From contig JAPXNA010000009.1 of assembly GCA_033808735.1 (NCBI GenBank), positions 13,054 to 77,053 on the forward strand: 64,000 bases of DNA, in the 5' to 3' direction. This document shows positions 56,459-64,000 of this stretch, one piece after another. Numbering within the stretch: the first letter of the stretch is position 1; the number at the start of each line of letters is the position of its first letter. The notes beneath the pieces were generated by a model. It did no database searches. It was not told the DNA's origin and saw only the letters and a list, made by a program, of their open reading frames with translations. The stretch is from Fermentimonas sp. (GTDB lineage: Bacteria; Bacteroidota; Bacteroidia; Bacteroidales; Dysgonomonadaceae). Both the position numbers and the translations under genes were made by a program.

Positions 56459-58528
56459 TTAGAGTCCGAATTCAATTCTATTAATAATGTGATCTTGGTA
56501 ACATTCGTCAAGTTCTACGAAATAGCCGCTCCATCCCCAAACGCGCACGATTAGTTGCTTGTATCTATCCGGGTGTTTTTTCGCGTCGAGTAATTTTTCC
56601 AGGCTTACCGTGTTTAACTGCAATTGATGTCCTCCCAGTGTTATAAAGGTTTTCACCAACGCCCCCAGTTTCTCAATACTTTCGTCATCGCGGAAGACAT
56701 TTTGATCAAACTCCAACGTTAACGGTCCCCCGTTTATAACATTCAACAGGTCAGGTTTAGTAAATGATTTTATCACCGAGATAGGGCCTTTTTGTTTCAT
56801 GAAAAGCGATGGGGAATAGTTTGCCGGGATCATCTCCTCTTTTTTACGGCCATCGGGGGTAGCACCCAGGCTTGAAGCGTGCCACACGTAATACATGGCC
56901 GTACCTGTGCCCGCACGATATATCCCGCCCCGTTCGTTTCGTTTTGAGCGCAGTGTCTTATCAAAGGAGTTTAAAAGATCAATGGCTATGGCATCAACGT
57001 AATCGTTATCTTGACCCATTTTCGGGCTCTCTTCCCTAAGAAGTTGGAGTAGTTCCGGGTTGTTCTCAAAGTTATTTTCGAGGGCCTCTTTCAGGGTTTG
57101 TTGATCGATGCTCTTCTCTTCAAAATAATACTTCTTGAGGGCTGCTAACGAGTCTGCCGCCGTGGCGATTCCCGTACCGTGAATGCCGTAATTATTGTAC
57201 GTGGCGCCTAATGAAATATCTCTTGCACGTTCTATAGAACCATCCATCAATAGTGACATCATGGGTGATGGGATGATATACAGGTTCTTATGTTTTTCAC
57301 AAATTTCGTCCGCCTTTTCCTGCATTTTTTGTTCCACGATATCGTAAAAAGCCTCGTAGCTTACGCATTCACCTAGTTTGGGTAAGCTATCGTTTACGCA
57401 CTGGGGCAACGATAGACCATCTATATTTGGAATGTCTAAAGCATACTTGGGAATGATGAATTCCCAACACGCGGCAACGACGTAGTCGTACGCGTGATCT
57501 TTTTTGTACCCTTTTTTCATCAGCCCGGGGATAACAATATCATCGTTGCTGTACTGAGGGAATCCAAGACCTTTTCGAGTTAGCCTTGAACCTAAAATAT
57601 ATACTTCATCGGGGGTTTCTTTGTCAACACGGATGTTAATCTTGGGATCAATCAATGCCAGTTCGTAGCTAGCTAGCAGGCACATTTTTGAAAGATCGTT
57701 GAACATGTATTGCCCGTCTAAGCCGCGTCCCCCTAACACGATGCTTTGCCCGTTATCTCCCTGCTGCATTCCGGGATATAGGTCACTATCCTTGTTACAT
57801 GAAAGGAAGAACTCTTCTACCAAGTCAAACGCTTCGCTTTCTGTAATAACCCCCGTTTCTATATCTTTGGTGAAGTAGGGATACATGTATTGATCAAAAC
57901 GACCCAACGTGTTATGGTAGTTTCCCGCTGCCCACAAGGAGAAGTGCAAAACGCGTAATAATTGCAGCGCTTCCCTAAAGCTCTTTGCACCATTACATTG
58001 GATTGCTTTAAGAACATCTGCCGTGTCGGTATATCCTTTAGAGCGTGCATACTCTTCATACCTCCCGATTAACGCTTGGATCGCTTCAATACAGAGAAGG
58101 GTAGCTTTTAAAAAGGTCACTCCCTCTTGGTCAACGCTTTGATCGTTTAGTTTCTTTTCAATCTCTTTTTTCCTCGCGTTCAACCCTACTTTAATGGTTG
58201 TTTCGTAATCGGGTGAAAGGTTGCTGATCGTCCCTCGCTCATGAATGTAGTGTGTCCCTTTTATTTGTTCCCACTCGCTCGCCGTGAAAATATCGGGAAT
58301 TTCGCTTACGGTTCTCGTGAAAACAATGCTCTCGTTAGGAAGGATAACCGGTACTTCCTCGTTAAGAACGGCGGCAAGGCATAAAGCAGAGCGTTTCACG
58401 GGGTCCACATTGTTTTTCGCGAACGATTCATTGATGGTACTAATGCCAACCTCTTGACTACTCCTCCTGAACTGGTGATGTTTTTTATCCAGAAGGTATT
58501 CCTTAAGTTCTTTTATTGACGGTTTCAT
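56459..58528 (-). CDS. Glycyl-radical enzyme (PFL-like fold), short form, substrate unknown
   Basis: 689 aa. C-terminal glycyl-radical motif VRVWGWSGYFVEL (Gly665). Cys loop YDYVVAACWEF (Cys354-x-Glu356) preceded by GFPQYSNDD. The Cys-to-Gly spacing of ~311 aa is typical of GREs. There is a single Cys, not the CC of pyruvate formate-lyase. Confidence 0.88.
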   Translation of the reverse strand: MKPSIKELKEYLLDKKHHQFRRSSQEVGISTINESFAKNNVDPVKRSALCLAAVLNEEVPVILPNESIVFTRTVSEIPDIFTASEWEQIKGTHYIHERGTISNLSPDYETTIKVGLNARKKEIEKKLNDQSVDQEGVTFLKATLLCIEAIQALIGRYEEYARSKGYTDTADVLKAIQCNGAKSFREALQLLRVLHFSLWAAGNYHNTLGRFDQYMYPYFTKDIETGVITESEAFDLVEEFFLSCNKDSDLYPGMQQGDNGQSIVLGGRGLDGQYMFNDLSKMCLLASYELALIDPKINIRVDKETPDEVYILGSRLTRKGLGFPQYSNDDIVIPGLMKKGYKKDHAYDYVVAACWEFIIPKYALDIPNIDGLSLPQCVNDSLPKLGECVSYEAFYDIVEQKMQEKADEICEKHKNLYIIPSPMMSLLMDGSIERARDISLGATYNNYGIHGTGIATAADSLAALKKYYFEEKSIDQQTLKEALENNFENNPELLQLLREESPKMGQDNDYVDAIAIDLLNSFDKTLRSKRNERGGIYRAGTGTAMYYVWHASSLGATPDGRKKEEMIPANYSPSLFMKQKGPISVIKSFTKPDLLNVINGGPLTLEFDQNVFRDDESIEKLGALVKTFITLGGHQLQLNTVSLEKLLDAKKHPDRYKQLIVRVWGWSGYFVELDECYQDHIINRIEFGL

Positions 58529-59298
58529 AAGACTACTGTTTTTATGTTTAATTTTTCGAAGACGGTGTGATGTATTTCGGGTTTTCGTGTTGGATCAAAT
58601 AGTGGCGTGAATGTTTGTCCAATCATCGGGTACTTTGCTCCAGCCACTTGATTGTACGGCAACAATTCAACGCGTATCATTGATTTCGCGTTTTGAATTA
58701 GTTCGGCAATATTAAGCATATTTTCTTCACTATCGTTAACGCCGGGAATTAACGGTATCCTAATGATAAATTTCGTGGTTGAGGAGCACAAATAATCGAG
58801 GTTCTCTAAAATCAAATCATTTTCTACCCCCGTGTATTTTTTATGTACAACAGGGTCGGTATGCTTTACATCCATCATAACCAAATCGACTTTTTGGGTA
58901 ACCCTTTTGAAAATATCAGTCGAAGCATACCCGCTTGTTTCGATGGCTGTATGAACAGTGGGGGCGATTAAATCCAACACGGCGATTAAAAAATCTGATT
59001 GGAGCAATGGTTCGCCGCCCGTGAAGGTAACACCCCCCTGATTCATAGCGTATATATCCTTGTTCCTCAATATTTGGCTAGCCAGTTCTTCGGGTGAAAT
59101 TTCATAACCCGATGTAACTATCTGCCCGTTTTTCTTCTTCATCTTTTGAGGTTTCGGGGATATGCCCTCGGGATTATGGCACCATGTGCAACGCAACGGA
59201 CAGCCTTTCAAAAAAATAGTTGTTCGTATTCCAGGACCATCGTGGATTGCAAATTCCTCGATGCTGAATATCATTCCGTTTTTCATTACCTGTGGCAT
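58525..59298 (-). CDS. Glycyl-radical-enzyme activating enzyme (radical SAM, PflA-like minimal form)
   Basis: DGPGIRTTIFLKGCPLRCTWCHNPEG (CX3CX2C) and GGVTFTGGEPLL SAM motif. Only 4 Cys in total, so there is no auxiliary ferredoxin-like insert. Its stop overlaps the GRE start (ATGA). The track ORF starts at a GTG at 59313, with ATG candidates at 59298 and 59286. Confidence 0.88.
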   Translation of the reverse strand: MPQVMKNGMIFSIEEFAIHDGPGIRTTIFLKGCPLRCTWCHNPEGISPKPQKMKKKNGQIVTSGYEISPEELASQILRNKDIYAMNQGGVTFTGGEPLLQSDFLIAVLDLIAPTVHTAIETSGYASTDIFKRVTQKVDLVMMDVKHTDPVVHKKYTGVENDLILENLDYLCSSTTKFIIRIPLIPGVNDSEENMLNIAELIQNAKSMIRVELLPYNQVAGAKYPMIGQTFTPLFDPTRKPEIHHTVFEKLNIKTVVL

Positions 59299-59302
59299 TC
59301 TT

Positions 59303-61570
59303 CTACCTTTCACTGAATATTATGTCAAAATCCGCGAGGATAGTTTTTTTGGATTGAAAAGTAACCTTAAGAAGATCACCCTGTTCCGTTACTTCGTATT
59401 TGGCGTCTTTACACGTTAATTGATTGAACGCGTAGTCATTTGGCACGTGTATCCATATGGATAGGGGAAACGAATTGATTAACTCGATGGTACCCGATAA
59501 CGTTTTTTTATGGTCATTCCATTCGAGTTTTGACAACTCCATCCCGGTTTGAGCGATATGGCGGTCACTTCCAACCCATTGGGGGCAATCCTTAACGGGA
59601 TGGAGGGTCACCAAACGCACCCCGTGGGCAGGAACATCTACTGACAATTTGCCGTCTGAAGGGGTGTAATTGTACGGTTTGCTTTCCCAAAACTCCAATC
59701 CCATGTATTCGTTGTCGGGTATCCCCAGTTCTCCCGTGGTGGTAGAGACCGTCTGGGGTTGGTCTTCCCAGTTAAAGAATGACACCACGTTATATGCACC
59801 GAGCTGTTCATTTTGTACGGAGAGATTCCACACCTGCAGCATATCGAAATGCGGGTAGAGGTTTGCCGGTCGCACCTGTGCCACCGGAAGGGTTTGTTGC
59901 AGGATTTTCATCTTCTCCTCTGCCAGCCCCGCGAGTTTATCCCCGAAAAAGGTCAGCTGCCCTGGCAAAGCGACTATGGTCGCGGAAGTTCTCGCCTCTT
60001 CCAATGGTAGATCCCGTACCAGCAGCGTGTCCGGGTCGGCATACATAACGATATTGTGCGTGAATGCCTGGTTTAACAAGCAGCTTGCCTGATTCAACAC
60101 CCCGCTCCATTTAACGGGTTGATTCGCGTTCACGATATCCGCACCAAGCCGTGAGGCATCCGCGTAGCGAGCTTCCGGTCCCGATGAATGTCCCTGGCAA
60201 GCCAGGAGCACCCTGTCTTCGCCTATTCCTTCCCGAAACGCTTGAACGCAGAGTTCAAACGGGTTAGGGCAAGAGGGGTCGCTGAACAGCTCCTTTATTT
60301 CAGGTCGTTCGTACAGGTGCGCGCAATAACCATGACCTCTGCCCGACATGCCATCGATCTTGAAGAACTCGTATCCCCACTCTCGTGATGCAACCCGATG
60401 GATCTCTTTCAGGTGTTCTCTTGCCTCTTTAACGGTGGGGTCAAGGGTATACTTGCCATTCCACGATGAAACCGGTGTCCCGTCTTTCTTGTGCAAAAAC
60501 CAATGTTTATGTTTTTCATAAAACGAGTGGTTTCCCGTACCGAAGGGTGCCATCCATAACCCTGGGCGAAAGCCGAGCTTCCGGATCTCATCGGCTAAAT
60601 TTTTCATTCCTTTAGGGAATTGCTTTTCGTTCACCTCGAGGTTCATGTTGTGAAAACCACTCACCGGGAGCTTGTCCGAGTTCCCTTGCCAGGACTCGAT
60701 AGACCAGAATTCGCAGCCAAAGGGTTGTAGGTACTTCTTCCCGATTCTCGCTTCGTTTAGGTTGTCTTCAGCCGTTGCCGTATCAAAATAGGTATTCCAA
60801 GACATCCATCCGGTAGGTGCGACCGGGCAACGGTCGCGGTTAATGGGGCTGTAGTAAGGCACGTAGCGGTTTTGGAAGTAGTGCTCTTCCAGGATGAAAG
60901 TAAAGGTTGCCTCGGGAGCCTGTTCGATATTCCCGCTCAATTGAAAAGCGAATGTTCCGTTTTCATCGTGTTTGAGCGTTGTATCGCTGGCGGTCAGCCG
61001 GAGTAGAGCGTCATTACCCGGGGAAAACAGCGAGTCGTTTAGCAACGAGTCGGCTCGTCCACAAGCTAATTGAAGTACGTTTTCTCCGGCTATCGGATTG
61101 ATACGACAAGGGAAAGCGTCCGCGTGAAAAGCGATAGTACCCTCGAAAGAGAATCGCCCTTTAAACCTTTGGGCTGTTCTGTGGTAAAACAGCAGTTCGA
61201 GCCCGGTTCCGGATTGATTTAGCGTCCAGTAACCCTGGACATTACCATAGGGATCAATCAAGGTGTTGCGATCAGCAGCCCCATCTCTTGCCCTCCCTAC
61301 AGACCATTCCGCTTCGTCGGAGATGAAACTTAGCTTACCGCTAACAACCGTGTGTTGATTTCGCAAGGTAAGCCGCGTGGATTCCGGGTTGAAATCTATT
61401 TCCCATGGACCGTGTTGAAAAACTTTACCCTCCTCTTTACCTTTTTGCCCGTCATCGTTTTTGGGTACTTCGTTTGAAAAGGCTTGTTCAATATTTGCCA
61501 ATCCGCCCAATGATGTAAGCGAGACGGTTCCGATCGTCGCTTTTTTAATGAATTTTCTTCGTTCTATCAT
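59303..61570 (-). CDS. Twin-arginine exported clan GH-D (GH27/GH36-like) alpha-galactosidase-family enzyme
   Basis: 755 aa. TAT signal ERRKFIKKATIGTV. PTGWMSWNTY (compare GWNSWN of GH27), KQFPKGMKNL, RPGLWMAPFG and EWGYEFFKIDGM (KxD nucleophile region). Confidence 0.7.
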   Translation of the reverse strand: MIERRKFIKKATIGTVSLTSLGGLANIEQAFSNEVPKNDDGQKGKEEGKVFQHGPWEIDFNPESTRLTLRNQHTVVSGKLSFISDEAEWSVGRARDGAADRNTLIDPYGNVQGYWTLNQSGTGLELLFYHRTAQRFKGRFSFEGTIAFHADAFPCRINPIAGENVLQLACGRADSLLNDSLFSPGNDALLRLTASDTTLKHDENGTFAFQLSGNIEQAPEATFTFILEEHYFQNRYVPYYSPINRDRCPVAPTGWMSWNTYFDTATAEDNLNEARIGKKYLQPFGCEFWSIESWQGNSDKLPVSGFHNMNLEVNEKQFPKGMKNLADEIRKLGFRPGLWMAPFGTGNHSFYEKHKHWFLHKKDGTPVSSWNGKYTLDPTVKEAREHLKEIHRVASREWGYEFFKIDGMSGRGHGYCAHLYERPEIKELFSDPSCPNPFELCVQAFREGIGEDRVLLACQGHSSGPEARYADASRLGADIVNANQPVKWSGVLNQASCLLNQAFTHNIVMYADPDTLLVRDLPLEEARTSATIVALPGQLTFFGDKLAGLAEEKMKILQQTLPVAQVRPANLYPHFDMLQVWNLSVQNEQLGAYNVVSFFNWEDQPQTVSTTTGELGIPDNEYMGLEFWESKPYNYTPSDGKLSVDVPAHGVRLVTLHPVKDCPQWVGSDRHIAQTGMELSKLEWNDHKKTLSGTIELINSFPLSIWIHVPNDYAFNQLTCKDAKYEVTEQGDLLKVTFQSKKTILADFDIIFSER

Positions 61571-61613
61571 ACTTGCTGATGTGTTGTAGCTGAAATGCGA
61601 TTTGTTTTATCGA

Positions 61614-64000
61614 TTACTTAGCGTCGAAAATCTCGTAGACAATCGCGTAAGTTCCATTTTTAACCTTGTTGAAGCGAAACCCTTCCACCTGCTTGATATC
61701 ATGTCCACCCTTGAGCTCGATGTTTTCAATTATCTTTTCATCAAGCACGTCACCATTCAGGTTTTTCAGGGTCACGTGCAAGTTTACTTTTCGTTCTTCT
61801 CCCAAGTGATTTATTACAGGAGTGATGGTATCATCGGGGCCGTAAACCACGTCAACGTTATGGCTACCGGCCCATGTCCTTTGTGTAATCATTTTCTTGA
61901 TATAAAAAGCCAGTTTGGGATGGCGTAGGTTATCGATCAGGGGTTTTTGATAGGTTCCCATGTTTGCACCTCCATGCAGGCAGCACCATGAGAATCCATC
62001 GTATCCAAGCAGTATCTGTTTCTTCATTGATTCCCAGGCGGCAAATGCCTGCCATGCTTGGCTGGCCCGCCACTCGTCGGTTGTTAACCGTCGCCCGATG
62101 CTCCCCTCATCGTACTCCCACTCGTATGATTGCAATAAATACCATGGTTTGCCTTTTGATAATTCCCAGTTAGGTTGTGCCGCGGACTCTTCATGTTCAA
62201 AGTTGAAATAAGCTTTTTCCTTTGCCGCGAGGCATGTAGCAGCCCATGCATTGGGTGCTTCCCTGATATTTGTCCAGGGTGCACCGTATCCCGAGTAAGC
62301 ATCTTGGTTCCCGCGTGTGACCTGAGGGGCCATGTACTCTGGGACAGGGGTTATGGGGTTGCCCTTGTAATCTATCGTGCCGTCGTAGTTCCCGTAATGG
62401 GTATGCATCCAGTGTGTGGTGGGTGTGATTAGCCTGCTCTGATCGTGGGATGCTATGGTCTGGTATATTTTTCTCACGTAGTCATGCGTATATGAAATGT
62501 CATACTCCTTGAATATGGTTGGATGATTACCCGCTTCCCACATCACGATGCTGGGGTGGTTAAACACCTGCTTCATGTATTTGGGGTATCCCACGAAGTC
62601 AACAGTCCAAGGTTCTGCTGTTCTTATCCAGGCCGCGGTTGACCAGATTAGGTATATGCCCATCTGGTCGGCCAGCTCGGCGTAACGCGGGTCGTTAATA
62701 CCATCGGGCACCCATGCTTCCGAATGCACGTGCATCCGCAATAAATTGCCACCCATTTTCTTGATCATGAGCATTTCTTCGGCAACGGTTTCATCGGGAG
62801 CGCAGCGGTTATGCTTCGCGATCGTTTCTATCGGTACTCTATATCCCATGATTTGTGCGCCGTTAAGTATTTCGGGCTTCCCGTTGATCAACAACTGCCC
62901 ATTTTCCTGTTCAATTTTGCGGATTCCCGTTGTTGTGACGAAATCGTCAATCGGTTTGCCATCCTTATCCCTTAAGATAAACTCCACCTTGTATAAGTTT
63001 GGCCTGTTTGAGCTCCACAGTTTTGGCGAGGGGATGGGGCATTCTAGGGTGTACTCGTTATTCACGCTAGGGCGGACGTCTACTTCCTTTTTAAAAGAAG
63101 CCACTTGCTCCCCCTCTTCGGGGAACCAGGGATAGTAATTTATCTCAATGCTTCCCTGACATAGATTCAGCCCTGAGGATTGCACGTTGACCTTATGCAT
63201 TTGCGTAGCGGTTTCACCTATCTCTTTGGTAACAATTTCAGCATCTTTTATCATGCATTGTGAGGAGAGGATTAGCTTTGTTCTTCCCAAGAACCACCCG
63301 ATGTTTCTATCGGTAGGGGTATGGGACATTGGAGATTTAGCATAAAAAGGTTTCACCCTTATGGCAATAAGGTTTTCCTGATTTTTTTCGAGGTAATCCG
63401 AAACATCAAACTCGCGTGGGTAGCGGTCGCGGATAACTGCTACAACTTCGTTATTTATCCACACCTCGCCACCTGGGTCAAGGGTTTCCAATGTCAACGT
63501 GGCCCGTTCATACTCTCCCACGAAAATTTTCTTGCGCAAGTAAAGGTCTTCATCTTTTTCTCTAACTCCACCATGGACCGCGGGTAGGTTTGTCTCTATC
63601 CAGTGCTGGTCGTTAAAATCGATTGTTTGCCAATTGGATACATTCGGCTTTTCTTCAAAATCTTCATCTATAACCACTTGTGAGACGTATGGCGATCCGA
63701 CGTCTCCTGTCAACAAATGGTTAAAAATGAAGATGTCGTCAACCTGGGTTTTCCCTTCCGAGTCAATGCTGAAATTAGTGATGGTAGAGGATTTACCTTT
63801 CACCATTGGAATGTAATATTGCAGTAGTGTCCCGTTAGCGTAAAGGTTAAACCGTTTTCGCGTTAAGTCTCCTTCGATTACTATAGTGATCCATTCGGTT
63901 TTATCAATCCGGTTTTTCACCCGTTCCGTTCCCGACGTGCTACTTATTTCTCCTTCCTTTATCTCGACGGAAATCATGGGAGTCTCCCCATCGCTGAACG
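61614..64000 (-). CDS. GH2-like glycosidase, 5' end outside the window; acid/base position reads Asn-His instead of Asn-Glu
   Basis: The reading frame stays open to position 64000, so the gene is partial. GH2-type domain order: DFNDQHWIETNLP sugar-binding, SPKLWSSNRPNLY Ig-like, GGNLLRMHVHSE and FNHPSIVMWEAGNHP TIM barrel. N-terminal extra LamG-like segment. Confidence 0.75.
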   Translation of the reverse strand, partial: FSDGETPMISVEIKEGEISSTSGTERVKNRIDKTEWITIVIEGDLTRKRFNLYANGTLLQYYIPMVKGKSSTITNFSIDSEGKTQVDDIFIFNHLLTGDVGSPYVSQVVIDEDFEEKPNVSNWQTIDFNDQHWIETNLPAVHGGVREKDEDLYLRKKIFVGEYERATLTLETLDPGGEVWINNEVVAVIRDRYPREFDVSDYLEKNQENLIAIRVKPFYAKSPMSHTPTDRNIGWFLGRTKLILSSQCMIKDAEIVTKEIGETATQMHKVNVQSSGLNLCQGSIEINYYPWFPEEGEQVASFKKEVDVRPSVNNEYTLECPIPSPKLWSSNRPNLYKVEFILRDKDGKPIDDFVTTTGIRKIEQENGQLLINGKPEILNGAQIMGYRVPIETIAKHNRCAPDETVAEEMLMIKKMGGNLLRMHVHSEAWVPDGINDPRYAELADQMGIYLIWSTAAWIRTAEPWTVDFVGYPKYMKQVFNHPSIVMWEAGNHPTIFKEYDISYTHDYVRKIYQTIASHDQSRLITPTTHWMHTHYGNYDGTIDYKGNPITPVPEYMAPQVTRGNQDAYSGYGAPWTNIREAPNAWAATCLAAKEKAYFNFEHEESAAQPNWELSKGKPWYLLQSYEWEYDEGSIGRRLTTDEWRASQAWQAFAAWESMKKQILLGYDGFSWCCLHGGANMGTYQKPLIDNLRHPKLAFYIKKMITQRTWAGSHNVDVVYGPDDTITPVINHLGEERKVNLHVTLKNLNGDVLDEKIIENIELKGGHDIKQVEGFRFNKVKNGTYAIVYEIFDAK

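Overview
Bacteroidota-type chromosomal segment, judged from SusC/SusD pairs, lipoprotein and twin-arginine signals, TAnnTTTG -7 boxes and the absence of Shine-Dalgarno sites. All 37 credible genes lie on the minus strand. Every plus-strand ORF in the track looks like a shadow ORF. The window is a glycan-utilisation super-cluster with three SusC/SusD modules. One SusC is split by a frameshift at a G8 run. The other two are tandem paralogous SusC-SusD-Big2/LamG-lipoprotein modules that share a ~205-bp upstream cassette. Other content: a mannosidase block (GH38 plus two GH92), a LacZ-like GH2, two clan GH-D alpha-galactosidase-like enzymes, a GH109-like NAD oxidoreductase and two esterases. Secreted phosphoesterases are unusually dense: two metallophosphoesterases, an NPP/AlkP-PA14 protein, a GDPD and a GDPD gene remnant. 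There is also a cytoplasmic LacI / ROK kinase / GmhA trio and five large secreted proteins I cannot assign. The most unusual content is at the right end, in transcription order: GH2-like, TAT-exported GH-D enzyme, PflA-like minimal activase, a short (689 aa) glycyl-radical enzyme with a Cys-x-Glu loop, then a sugar-porter MFS. Non-coding highlights are three. First, a family of ~41-47-bp inverted-repeat-bounded mosaic repeats that contain the start codons of at least eight unrelated genes. Second, a 79-bp hairpin-forming unit present as a perfect tandem duplicate and once inverted. Third, a 17-bp-stem hairpin built from a GDPD pseudogene fragment. I recognised no rRNA, tRNA, CRISPR, transposase or integrase. 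All family calls are by eye from motifs. No searches were run, and identity percentages are rough visual estimates.
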